Part shown: positions 12,762 to 24,413 of the stretch, one piece after another
How the letters are laid out: each line of letters begins with the position of its first letter
How positions within the stretch are numbered: position 1 is the first letter of the stretch
DNA from: Patella caerulea
Lineage: Eukaryota
Reading direction: 5' to 3'
DNA length: 64,000 nt
Assembly (NCBI GenBank): GCA_036850965.1
Contig: JAZGQO010000002.1
Span: 26,996,901 to 27,060,900 of the forward strand
The notes under the pieces: model-generated
Seen by the model: the letters and a program-made list of their open reading frames with translations, nothing else
Told to the model about the DNA's origin: nothing
Database searches by the model: none
Program-made: the position numbers and the translations under genes

Positions 12762-13305
12762 GTAATATGGTGTTGACTTTATTTAAATAACATGTCAATC
12801 AAACTTTTGACCATTTTCTTTTATTCAAATCAAGTGAAAAACATGCATTTGATCATAGTGCAATCCCTAAATTAATTCAAGCAGTCCACCAGATTTTTAA
12901 ATTCAATTCTGTCTCAATTTGGAAACAAAATTTTCAAGACAAAAACACTAAATTAAGATGTCCCTTAACTAAGTCAAAATAGGCCATTTTCCTTTTATGG
13001 CCCGCCATGACACATTGCGGTTACTTGGAATGTCAGCAGTATTTGCACCAGTTTTAGAAACATTTACACTCTAACATTTAGGAAATTTGACAAAGTCGAA
13101 ATTATCACCATTGTTTTGAGAAATGTGTAATTATTATCACACAATTACAATCTGAGGGTCAGAGACTTCAAATAACGTTATATTACTACACTGTCTGTGA
13201 ATTAAAACCTGTTTATGTCATCGAATTTCTATTTCTGCAAATCAACTGTAAAGAAATAGCCTGTTAGATGCTATGTTGTCTGAAATTTTAGCTTAAAATA
13301 TTAGT

Positions 13306-13665
13306 AATATAAGAGATAAAAGTGGTTTTAAAGACCAAGTTTTCCCGGGTGTTAGTGATTAGTTTCGTTTGTGTAGAATTCTTCAGACTGCTTGAACTCA
13401 CGGGGGTTTATATTTATACTATTCCGAAACCCCGGCGAGGTTTTAAATGGTTACTAATAGGCGGGGCTAGTGGGGTTAGTCCCTTGGCGGGTAACCCCAC
13501 CTATTAGTAACCATGGAAACCCCGGTCAGGTTTTTGGAATAGTATAAATATAAACACCCGCCACGTGGGTCCAATCAGTCTGAAGAGTTCTACACGAATG
13601 AAACTAGTCATTGACATCCCGATCTGGGATAACTTGGTCTTCAAAGCCACCTTTACCTCTTATAT
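13306..13665. mobile_element. Palindromic (hairpin) MITE of about 360 bp
   Basis: ataagagataaaagtggttttaaagaccaagtt... at the left is mirrored by ...aacttggtcttcaaagccacctttacctcttat at the right. There is a nested palindrome around 13440-13520. Confidence 0.6.
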
Positions 13666-14890
13666 TATCTCACATTCTGCTTACAATTTCGTTATGGCTA
13701 ATTTTGTTGATCAAACTGTTTGGTCATGATTCCCCTTTTTGCTTCAGAATCAGTCACTACTTTGACGGAAGATATCCTCTCGGTTGAATAGTCTTTATTC
13801 TTTCAGCTCATAGAGATATGTAGAATCTAACCGGTCCGAATCCGATCTGGTTGATAAGGAGAGTTCTTTCAAATTTGATATATAACCGAAGGTGAACAGG
13901 CCTACCCGTCCTGTTAATAAAACGGACATTCTCACCTCTGTCCACAATAAAGAGACATTTTCTAGTTCCCTCCTACTTCCGATTTCCATAGCATAGTCCA
14001 AACATTGACTCTCATACAAATAAACCATTTGGTACTGATTCGTACCTATATACTATTAAACCTCATCGGGTGCGATGTTGAATTGCACAATATTTAACAT
14101 TTTAAAACCTAAGTAATCTATGGAATCAACAACAAATCTAAACTTGGGCACTCCAACTATCTTTGTTTTATAATATTAGTAGTTAGAGATGATTGTTAAA
14201 ATTGCTTAACAGAGCAAGAAACGGTTATCAAGACATAAAGCCATAAAAAAGTTTTCATGAATAACATAATTATCACAGCTTCATATAGAAGAATAAATCC
14301 ATACATAATTGTGCTGAAAATATTGCTGGTTCCAATGACTGGAGATTTAGCGACCATTTCACAAAACAATAAAAGGTGGCTTTGCCAGTTTATTAACCTG
14401 GGTTGATCATCAAATCAGTATAATCTCATATCCCAATTCACGCCTCTGCTCAGATTGTTGCTAGTAGTCTTACTTAATCTTAATGGCTGTTGATGAATTG
14501 TTAATCTGTTTCAAACTAGAATCTTTTTAAGCTTGAATCTTTAAAAGGAATATACATGTAAGTCACAAATAGTTTCATTCTTTGTAGTATTTACAGATGA
14601 ATTGAAAATTTAGCATCTACAGTAGATAAGATATTGTCAATCTAGCACCGACTATGATTTCTGTTGCAGTCTTTTTATTGGCCTCTTTTAATTCAGTTGA
14701 ATATAAGCTGATAGATTATCTACTGTTGATATTTTGATTGTTCAATTAAATGTTAAATAAGCAATTTGAGTATATTTTCTGTAAAATTCAAATGGTTGGT
14801 TGTGCAAATGTAACAAATAGCTTGTTTAATATACATGTACTGGTAAACTTGCATTTTGTGTTAGTTGTAATATCACAAACATTATTCTAG

Positions 14891-14946
14891 ATTAAAGAAA
14901 AAGCAAAGACAGAAAGCGGCAAAAAAACTGAAATCAGGAAAACAAG
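14891..14946 (+). CDS. PRKRIP1: PRKRIP1-like exon 5 (lysine-rich, LKKKQRQKAAKKLKSGKQ)
   Basis: ttctag acceptor and a gtagat donor. The phase follows on from exon 4 and the exon lies in the basic region of PRKRIP1. Confidence 0.55.
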
Positions 14947-14998
14947 GTAGATGTCATTTTGTTTTATAACTGAAATTTTTTTAACGGACAATATTGGG

Positions 14999-16112
14999 GC
15001 CAGTCATTATCACATATGTGATAGAAATGATTAAACACTTTCCAAATACAATATTAACACAGAGATCATCGCTACCATAGAGGAGTCATAAAGGATTCAT
15101 GAATCGGAAGTGACGAACGCCAAAGGAAAACACGAATTATCTCTCTATGTGAATGACTGAAGTGATGAGTGATGACAGATAAACGGCGGAATTTCTGCTC
15201 ACTAATAATCCCTTCGAAGACAAAAAGTTATATGGGACCGCAAGAGGTTATCTGACGATACAATAAAGTAATTAAGTGTCATAAGATACGAGAACACAGG
15301 AAAAATAGAAATACTCCGTACAGCCCCTTGTTTTTATTCATTCTATAGGGGAGACCGGGGCACATTGAACCACTTTGTTCACATACATTATGTTTGTCCT
15401 CATTTAATATCAAATGTTTTTATTAGATCTCTTTAGTTCATGATCAAAATTTTAAAAAAAAATCAATATGCCCCCTTATATGGAACGAACCCCGGTTTAT
15501 CTGGATTGTATAGATTAGACATATATGAACTTAAGTACAAGAATTTCCGAGGCTAAGATGGAAGATTTTTCTCTTTTAAGCGCTTTTTTGTAAAATTCAC
15601 CTGCCTAAGAAAATAATTGACAGCATGTGGCTTATTGATGGAGAAATGGGACTAAGAAGTTATCTCACTTCTGTACAGTGTTGGGTTGTATAGTATTATT
15701 TATAAAGGATTAGTTGGGTACAAGACCTAAAATCCGTGACCAATTTGCGGGGAAGTTATTTTGAAGGTGGTTTCTATATGACAAAAACCTGCTGAAGCGA
15801 TTAAGCTTGGGTGCCTCTCTCTAAAATGCTGGCGGAAGCCGCTAGAGGGCCAGATTCAAAATGGTGGTCAGATGTGGCGGGAAAATATAAAATTGTGTAA
15901 TATAGGCTTCTGATGTGTCTATTCGTATGTTTTAAGGGTCTCTGAATCGAAATATTTTAATCAAAAATCAATCCAGCCACTTGTTTTGCCAATATGGCCG
16001 AAAAATCCAACATAGCCATGGATTTTGATTTTGATTTAATCAACGCTTTATAATGGACCCATGTAATATATAATCACGCATGATAATCAACATCACCAAC
16101 TTACCCAGTTAG
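14999..16112 (+). repeat. Arm 1 of a roughly 1.1-kb inverted duplication
   Basis: Reverse-complement identity to 19248-20135, for example gccagtcattatcacatatgtgatag and taatggacccatgtaatatataatcacgcatg. Confidence 0.75.
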
Positions 16113-17279
16113 TTTCTAATAATAATGGGTTAGTATTTGTTAGTATTTTATTAGCATTTGTTTGTATTTTGTTAGTATTGGTAGTGGGTAAATCGCCCAA
16201 CACGGTGGGGATGCCGCACCATGAAACATATCTGGAGGTGGAAAATCATTTGTAATGCACAGATATATTCTCAACATGACGAAAGTTAGAAAATTTTCCA
16301 GAAAAGAGGATTTTGTAAGTCGAACGGCTGTAACCTTTTTTGCCCAATACCTTTCATAAAACGTAAGAATAACTTTGTCTCGAATTTTTATCCCCAGCTC
16401 ACGTAAATGCGAAGTTCTCCTACCAGCCTATTACGTGTAATATGTTTATAGACTCATTTGAAAAACACATTTAGGTCAACGTGTAATGTTGAATTTAAAG
16501 AATCGAAATGTTTTGATCTCTTGGACTGTATTATTTACGATACACGAATAACGTCATAAATCGTAAATAATAATTAATGTCAAGACAAATAATGAATAAA
16601 GTCAAGACATGTATTAAATGTTTTATTGAATTGGTATAGAAACTGAAAACCGATTAACACCCTGTGTGGGATATTTCATTCAATTATTGTAAAAGGGTTG
16701 GTAATGAAATTGAAATCATCATTGTGTCATTAAACACTGAATCGTCCTATTCTGTTATGTATTTCGTTTCAACATATTGTTGTCATGGGTTACTTCTGCT
16801 AAACAACACAATAGAAACAGGTAAAGTATTATAATAGAAACTGTATATAATATTTTGACAGCCCTTTAAATTTTCGTGCACATGAATTATTAACATATTA
16901 TGTCATCATCATCGACTTTGCTCAATTTTATTGTCAAAAACTCATGTCCATCTTCCCGTAGTCGAGGGGTTGGAAGGGGTCTTACACGTGAGATAGCCTA
17001 AGGCCTCTCCTCATCTAAATGCGACACTGAGGTGGTGAGAAATCCATAGATATATATATAGGAAGCTGGAAATAATGTTTACCCCGCCACAGAAAATATA
17101 TAACAGTTATAGAGTGAGGCAATTAGGGACGCCTGACGAGTTTAACCCTTGTGGATGCACATTGTGAGAATCACGTAGTAGGTATCATGGGGTAAATATC
17201 AACCACAGTTATAATTCAAAGTTTTTATGTACATTTATATTTGAATTAAAAGGCAGCGGTTTGGATTTTATTTACATTC

Positions 17280-18881
17280 ATTTTTATACGCCCACATTGA
17301 AATGTGGTCGTACATGTATATTGTCGTCGCCCCCGTCCGTCCGTCTTGTGGACGCTCTACAGGCTAAAGTTAATATCCGATTGACATTAAATTTATACAC
17401 AGTGTTTAAGTTCATGAGACGAAGAAGCCTATTGTTTTTCAGCGATTTCCGATAATAACTACCAGAGTTATGGCCCTTGATCACTTCAAAAAATCTTGTG
17501 GACGCTCTAGAGGCCAAAGTTAATATCCGATTGGCTTTAGATTTATACACAGTGTTTAAGGTCATGAGACGAAGAAGCCTATTGATTTTCAGCGATTTCC
17601 GATAATTACTGCCAGAGTTATGGCCCTTGATCTCTTTAAAAAATCTTGTGGACGCTCTAAAGGTCAAAGTTAATATCCGATTGACTTTAAATTTATACAC
17701 AGTGTTTAAGGTCATAAGACGAAGAAGCCTATTGATTTTCAGCGATTTCCGATAATAACTACCAGAGTTATGGCCCTTGATCACTTCAAAAAATCTTGTG
17801 GACGCTCTAGAGGCCAAAGTTAATATCCGATTGACTTTAAATTTATACACAGTGGATGCTCTAGAGGTCAATTTTAAAGTTAATATCCGATTGACTTCAA
17901 ATTTACATAGTGTTTACAGTCATGAGACTAAGTCGTCTATCGATTTTCAGTGATTTTCAATAATTTATACACAGCGTTTAAGATCATAAGACAATGACGC
18001 CTATTGATTTTCGGCAATTTCCGATAATTGGTGCCAGAGTTATGGCCCTTGATCTGTTTAAAAAATCATGTGGACGCTCTGAAGGTCAAAGTTAATATCC
18101 GATTGACTTTAAATTTATACACAGTGTTTAAGGTCATAAGACGAAGAAGCCTATTGACTTTCAGCGATTTCCGATAGTTAGTGCCAGAGTTATGGCCCTT
18201 GATCACTTCAAAAAATCTTGTGGACGCTCTAGAGGCCAAAGTTAATGTCCGATTGACTTCAAATTTATACAGAGTGTTTAAGGTCATAAGACAAAGACGC
18301 CTTTTGATTTTCAGCGATTTCCGATAATTAGTGCCAGAGTTATGGCCCTTGATCACCTCAAAAAATCTTGTGGACGCTCTGTAGGCTAAAGTTAATATCC
18401 GATTGACTTTAGATTTATACACAGTGTTTAAGGCCATGAGACGAAGAAGCCTATTGATTTTCAGCGATTTCAAATAATTACTGCCAGAGTTATCTCCCTT
18501 GATAACTTCAAAAATTCTTGTGACGCTATAGAGGCCAAAGTTACCATCCGATTGACTTCAGATTGATACATAAAGTTTAAGGTGTTGAACGAACAAGTAT
18601 TTTGATTTTCAATGAATTTAGATAACTGAACAGCTAAATCCATGATATTAAATGTTTCATGTATATACTAATTGTTAGCGTGGGGTAAAACTTTATAAAA
18701 AGCAATCAAATTCTAATGATTTTTTGATAATTACATAATGAATTGTTATTCATAATCAGTTTTTAGTGTATTACAAATGTTTCATTACCGAAAAAAGTAA
18801 AAATATGCGACAACCCTTGTTGACTGCCAGGACGATTTAGCTGCTGTGGGCGTATGTTTCGTTGCCTGGCAACCTATCTTT
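17280..18881 (+). mobile_element. Satellite-bearing non-autonomous element, copy C, full length with about 8-9 monomers of roughly 166 bp
   Basis: 5' end tttttatacgcccacattgaaatgtggtcgtacatgtatattgtcgtcgcccccgtccgtccg, then the monomer array, then a 3' tail ending ggacgatttagctgctgtgggcgtatgtttcgttgcctggcaacctatcttt. Confidence 0.8.
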
Positions 18882-19247
18882 GACATCTGAAAAACAACTA
18901 AAATGTTATCCAAAAACATTTTAGTGACATATGGAAAAGATTTAATAATTCTCACAAAATTATTGCTTTGTGTACTATGTGATAAAGAGGTTAAATGGCA
19001 ATTGACGCTTGATTCAAAAAACATTTGGAATTCATCATTTAATTGTTGGTATTTGTAACATTCCGATGCTAAAAGAGAAAATACTCTTCCGTTGGTATTG
19101 GTTGGAAACTGCTCCATAAGGACAGTGCGGCTCAATTAGATATGTGAACCCAACATTAACAGGACGTTTAAACTTCAACTTCTGAAGCTGAACAATCAAA
19201 ACTGGATCTATTGTTTGAATCGGATGACTGTGGTTCTGATATGTAAA

Positions 19248-20135
19248 ACTTTGACTGGATAAGTTGGTGATGTTGATTACCATGCGTGATTATATATTAC
19301 ATGGGTCCATTATTAAGCGTTGATTATAAATTAAATTAAAAATCCGTTGACTACAGAGTATATCAGATGATAAATATCGGTGAGTGTTATTGCTGGTTGC
19401 CATCTATCTACACAAATTCATCAAAATTGAAGACATTGACCCCGAGACTATTTTCCAGGCCACAAATGGTGGCCATCTTGGATTTTTTGGCCATATTGGC
19501 AAAACTAGTGGCTGGATTGATTTTTGATTACAATATTTAGATTCAGAGACCCTTAAAACATACGAATAGACACATCAGAAGCCTATATTACACAATTTTA
19601 TATTTACCAGCCACATCTGACCACCATTTTGAATTTGGCCCTCTAGCGGCTTCCGCCAGCATTTTTGAGAGAGGCACCCAAGCTTAATCGCTTCAGCAGG
19701 TTTTTATGATATAGAAACCACCTTCAAAACAACTTTCCCGCAAATTGGTCACGGATTTTAGGTCTCGTACCCAACTAGATATATCCACGGTGGTTCAATG
19801 TGCCCGGTCTCCCCTACCTTATAAAAACATGGTAATGCACAGACTTTTAATCTGATTTTCTTTCCCGTTCTCTTATCTAATGGCAGTCAATTCTTTTTAT
19901 GAATTGTAAGATATTCTCTCACAGTGTCACACAACAACTTCGAGGGAATTATTAGTAAGCAGATATTCGCCCATGTATCTGTTATCACTAGTCACTTCAG
20001 TTAGTTATATAGAGGAATAACTCGTGTTTTCCTTTGGCGTTCGTCACTTCCGATTCATGAATCCTTTATTCCTGTGTTAATATTATATTTGGAAAGTGTT
20101 TAATCAGTTCTATCACATATGTGATAATGACTGGC
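19248..20135 (-). repeat. Arm 2 of the roughly 1.1-kb inverted duplication; carries an indel of about 150 bp relative to arm 1
   Basis: It mirrors 14999-16112. The two arms flank a 3.1-kb spacer containing satellite element copy C. Confidence 0.75.
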
Positions 20136-21409
20136 ACCAATACTTTAAATAAGACTTTTTGTTGAATGGTAAAAACATCAACATCTTAGACTTTCGTTTG
20201 TAATCTAGTCTCTTATGGTCAGCGCTTTTTTCGTTATCAAGCACCTGTTTTTATGGAATAATCTACCATTTAGTGTAAGATGTTTTACATCTCTATATTC
20301 TTTTAAAGTTGGTTTCCCGCATACAAACTGGGTGATTTGATGATATATTAGGACTAAAATTATATACAAACTAATTAATTTATCATAATTTTGCTTCAAA
20401 TCCTTCTCAAAACACTGTAATTGCCAAGTATATCCCGCTATGAAAATCGATCAAAAGAGGCCATGTTTGCGTCAGGTGATTACCCTTCACCCTCCCTATG
20501 GCAACCGCAGGCGGAGACGGGTGAGAATTCATTGCATACACAAGACGTTGTCTGTAATCGCTGACTGTTATTACAAATATCGATTCCTAATTCAATTCTC
20601 GGATTATGCACTGCCTGCGTCTTTTTCCGTGATATTTATCTCAGAAAGTGTTGTAGGTCTAAATCTTTATAGAGTTTATCAACATGTGCTCGTGCAGCCT
20701 TCGGTGTCATGCGTGGGTATAGCCCCTAATCGTCGAGCTGTCGATTAAGGGAACCCTTACATTTTTTCATGTGTATATGCTCAATGAGTGTTTTTCAGAG
20801 AATCCAATATTTTTCTAGTAAGATTGGATATCTCTACTTTCTATATATACCAAAATTGCCATACTTTTATAGGCAATAACCACCCGATAAATACTTTGCT
20901 GGGAACCCATCTTTAAAAAACAACTTAAAAACATTTAATCAGGCTTTTAACTGACTCTGTATACAATCAATAAACTAAAAACATACTTATGTATGTATAC
21001 AATCGTTGACATGTCCATAATCTTGTTGTTTATTTATGATTACATTGTCACTTTATGAAGTGCCCCTGAACATGTTATATGAAGTATGCTGTAATAATAA
21101 TCATCATGTAAGGGGTGGGTTCTTGTGAATATTTGCTAAAATTGACATACGGTACTATTTAAAATCCAACATTTTGTAGGGAATCTGGTAATGTATGTGT
21201 GTTTAATTATGCCATACATTATATAGCCGATTACCTTGTCTTAAAGTTTCAGCTTAATGTATTAAGCCGTTTGGAAAATCATCGCCTAAATTGCTTAACA
21301 GGGTTATGTGTCATACTTACGGAATTTTAACTTATTGTTTACGTGTAACCTATCCTGATAAGTCTGACAAAGTAAAGCAAACTTATAGATATTGTTGTCC
21401 AGACCCTAG

Positions 21410-21633
21410 TTGTCAATATTCAGAGAGTGGCAAAGGTTAAAGATAAACATTATATTTTATTAGAAGAGGAATCAGAAGAAGAATCTGAAGATGAAGATGA
21501 TGAAGAAGAGAATAAACAAGATGCTATAAATGATTCCAATGATGTGAAAGATGGTGATTCAAATATTAATAAAAGTAAAGACAATTCTAGTGACTCAGAT
21601 GATGACAGTGATCCTAAAAAAGTAAAATCTTGA
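21410..21633 (+). CDS. PRKRIP1: PRKRIP1-like terminal exon with acidic Ser/Asp/Glu-rich tail, stop at 21631-21633
   Basis: This is the only frame compatible with the phase-1 end of exon 5. Two in-frame acceptors are possible (21389 or 21410). The acidic C-terminus is analogous to the human SSSAEASGTEEEEE tail. Confidence 0.5.
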
Positions 21634-23649
21634 TGGTGTTAAACTCTGAAACGTGTATATAGTGTACAAATTGTGATTTCTAATTAAAACTGAACAGTAT
21701 TTGAATTTTAAAAGTTCAAAGTTATTTGCACAATTTAATATCAATCGATCGACTTTAGAGAACAAAACTATCACCTAAATTCAATTTGAACATCATTTTA
21801 TTCTTCAACTCGATCTATGAATAGTTATATGATCATTGATTAACTTTTCCATTACTATTATATGTATGTGAGTTAGTTATACTTCATAATCTTTGGATGT
21901 TATTCTGCGTACTGTATATGAAACTTGATGTATATGATTTCAATGGTACATGTACATGTGTATATAAATTTACAGAAAAATTTGTGAGACAGGCCCTGGA
22001 CAAAGCCCAACTTAGGCATGGACCTGAGGTGCCCAGAGTCCTGCGGTTTTGGTATCCCTGCGGTTCATGGCTAAAAGAGAAAAAATTCAAATTCCAGATG
22101 AAAGTTTCACGTTAATCGATCTGTGATGCGAGGGCAGAGACTGAGCTATATTACAACCTTATATGTCAAGTTCCACTTGGTGATCGCTCTAGGCATCTAG
22201 CCGTGTGCTGGGCAGAGACTGCATCAGTCTGCAATCCTCAACCTTCTCTGTAATTGGTCAAAATCCATTCAAAAGGATATGAAATAATCTTTTCGTCGTG
22301 TTAGAGTTCCCACGATTCTAGTCAGGCCCATGGCCCTGCTAGGGTTATACTGCACTTTGGCCCTAGACTGTGGTTCTGTTTAATATTACTATAAATTATT
22401 GCATTGTCTGTATAAGTTGGTGTAGCAAACCAACATTCTGTAGCAATAATTGTATCCTGATCTCAGATATTTCACCGAGAAATTATATTAGTAAAGCAAT
22501 TATATTATAGTGTTTTCATTTTGCTAATCAATTGGAATGATTAGAGAACAAAAGATCAACTTATCTTAACATCTGGGTTTATAAGAGCTAAATCTATATT
22601 CTTAGGCACCTAGTAATGGACACAAATGGGTTGTAATGCATATAATAATGTACAGGTAATATGAATGTATATTAACTGATGTATTTTTACTGTAATTTCT
22701 AATCAGTTATGTTTGGCAAAATACGCGAAGTGTCCAAATTGAATGGCAGTTTTTGGTGTCTAATTATTTCAGTCTACACAGGTAGCATTCTCTTGTTCAT
22801 TGTGTGGCTTCGTTACAAATGGAAGTGGCATTTCTGCACACAATTTTCATTTTTTCTCAAATATTTGATATTAGAAGCCCAACGTTTCACAGTAAGATAA
22901 CAACATCAATGTTGATTTAAATTGACTTTCTTCATGTGTAGTTTAGTGGTCGAATGTGAGACATTAAGATAGATATTGATATTGCATTAGTGTGATAGCA
23001 CGAGGCAGTGTCTTGCTCAGTTGATTAAACAACTTAAAATACAGACACTATCCAGCATATGCATTTCATTGAAATACATTATGCAAGTCCAATATTGCAA
23101 CAATTATAAATAATGTACACTTGGCACATTGCCTGTACCTTTATTTAAAATAATGGTACGCCAACATGAAAGGATGACATGACATCTGTATTTTAAATGG
23201 GAATAAAATAAAGCAGAGTAATTCATTATGATGATTGTTGTGGTGTGTTTGGCAATAGCGAGTTGATGCGCAAAGGACTAAAAAAAAGAGGTATGATGCC
23301 AGAGCTAAATTTGCCTTGGGCCAAGGTGTTTCTGGTTTCAATGTTGTATAAGTTATTTTTTAGACATATTCCCACGATCAATCTATGAGTAAATTGCTTG
23401 ACAGTACACCATCCAATATTGAGAAGATCAGATAATACCAGCCATATCTGTGGTAAAGGTGAGACTGCTCACAAAGACTGACAATTAAGGTACTGGATAG
23501 CAAATGTATAATATATTATCAATGGTGAGCAAATGTATAATATATTATCAATGGTGAACAGAGTTCCCATCTGACATGACTATTACTTGTCAGAACTTCA
23601 AACATGCATAACTTTGCTCAGAATAGAGTCATTTTACTGAAATTTCCGA

Positions 23650-23845
23650 GCGTATGTGGCATGGAGAGAGGGACGCCTTCTCAACCTTGTGGGTTTCCTC
23701 CGGGCACTCTGGTTTCCTCCCACTGCTAAAGACCCCTACACGCAAGCGAATTATTGAAATAAAATTAAAAACCATATGTTAGTCCCGAAATGACCTAGTT
23801 TGTGTTGAGTGGCCGTTAAACCCCATTTCTCTCTCTATCTCTCTG
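23650..23845 (+). mobile_element. 5'-truncated SINE family 1 copy
   Basis: It lacks the tRNA-like head but retains the core (ggtttcctcccactgctaaagacccctacacgcaagcgaattattgaaataaaattaaa) and the ...gttaaaccccatttctctctct tail. Confidence 0.65.
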
Positions 23846-24224
23846 AAATTTCCGAAACATTCATTTTTCATTATCTATTAGCAATTACAAATGTATAGCA
23901 AGAATGGCCATCCAGCTTTTTATCTAAATCTTGCATACTTAATATCTTTTCAGCTTATTTTTAATGATGAAATAATGTGTTTGTATGAGAAATTGTACAT
24001 TTATTATGGGACACATTAAGTTATTTACTAATTCCTATGTTAACTTGACATACATGTAGTTCACGCTCTATTTGAAGTTGCGTATTACTGTTTTGTCCAA
24101 TTAATAATAGGTGTTCATGCTGATATGTGCATAGAACTATAGAAGACTGACCAGTTTGGAGATTACTATTATTTATACCATTCATTGATTTAGTCGTAAA
24201 TACCCCTATAAATAAAAGCTGTTA

Positions 24225-24413
24225 ATCCTGTTCTTAGCTCGATTAATGGTATTTACGACCGACGTGCGTCACGTGACATAGCCGTCATTACTATAAATAG
24301 TAACTGATTGTACATGAATATGACGTATGAAAGAAAAGATACGCCCAGTTGTCAATTTATCTATCGTACAGGGAAAGAAATTGCCTCCTCGGTCAGTCAG
24401 CAATATTTGATGT
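24225..24413 (+). promoter_or_regulatory. Candidate MVP promoter (TATAAATAG, GTCACGTGAC palindrome) and putative non-coding first exon with GTAAGT donor at about 24410
   Basis: The MVP ATG at 27189 is preceded by a ttcttacag acceptor, so a 5' UTR exon must lie upstream. ctataaatag at about 24291 lies roughly 60-120 bp before ...gcaatatttgatg|gtaagt. This is inference only. Confidence 0.3.

Noticed and set aside
17284-18473. Long minus-strand ORFs of 195 and 135 aa with internally repetitive peptides (…NRILTLASRASTRFFEVIKGHNSGS…)
   Set aside because: They are read-through of the roughly 166-bp satellite monomers, whose length is not a multiple of 3 but is locally open. There is periodic amino-acid repetition and no start context. 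The same peptides recur in every array copy (8381-8668, 9622-9873, 59828-60049). They are not genes.
8378-18881. Possibility that the tandem arrays are CRISPR arrays
   Set aside because: The units are about 166 bp with no unique spacers. The context is eukaryotic: spliced genes, SINEs and Tc1. These are satellite-type tandem repeats.
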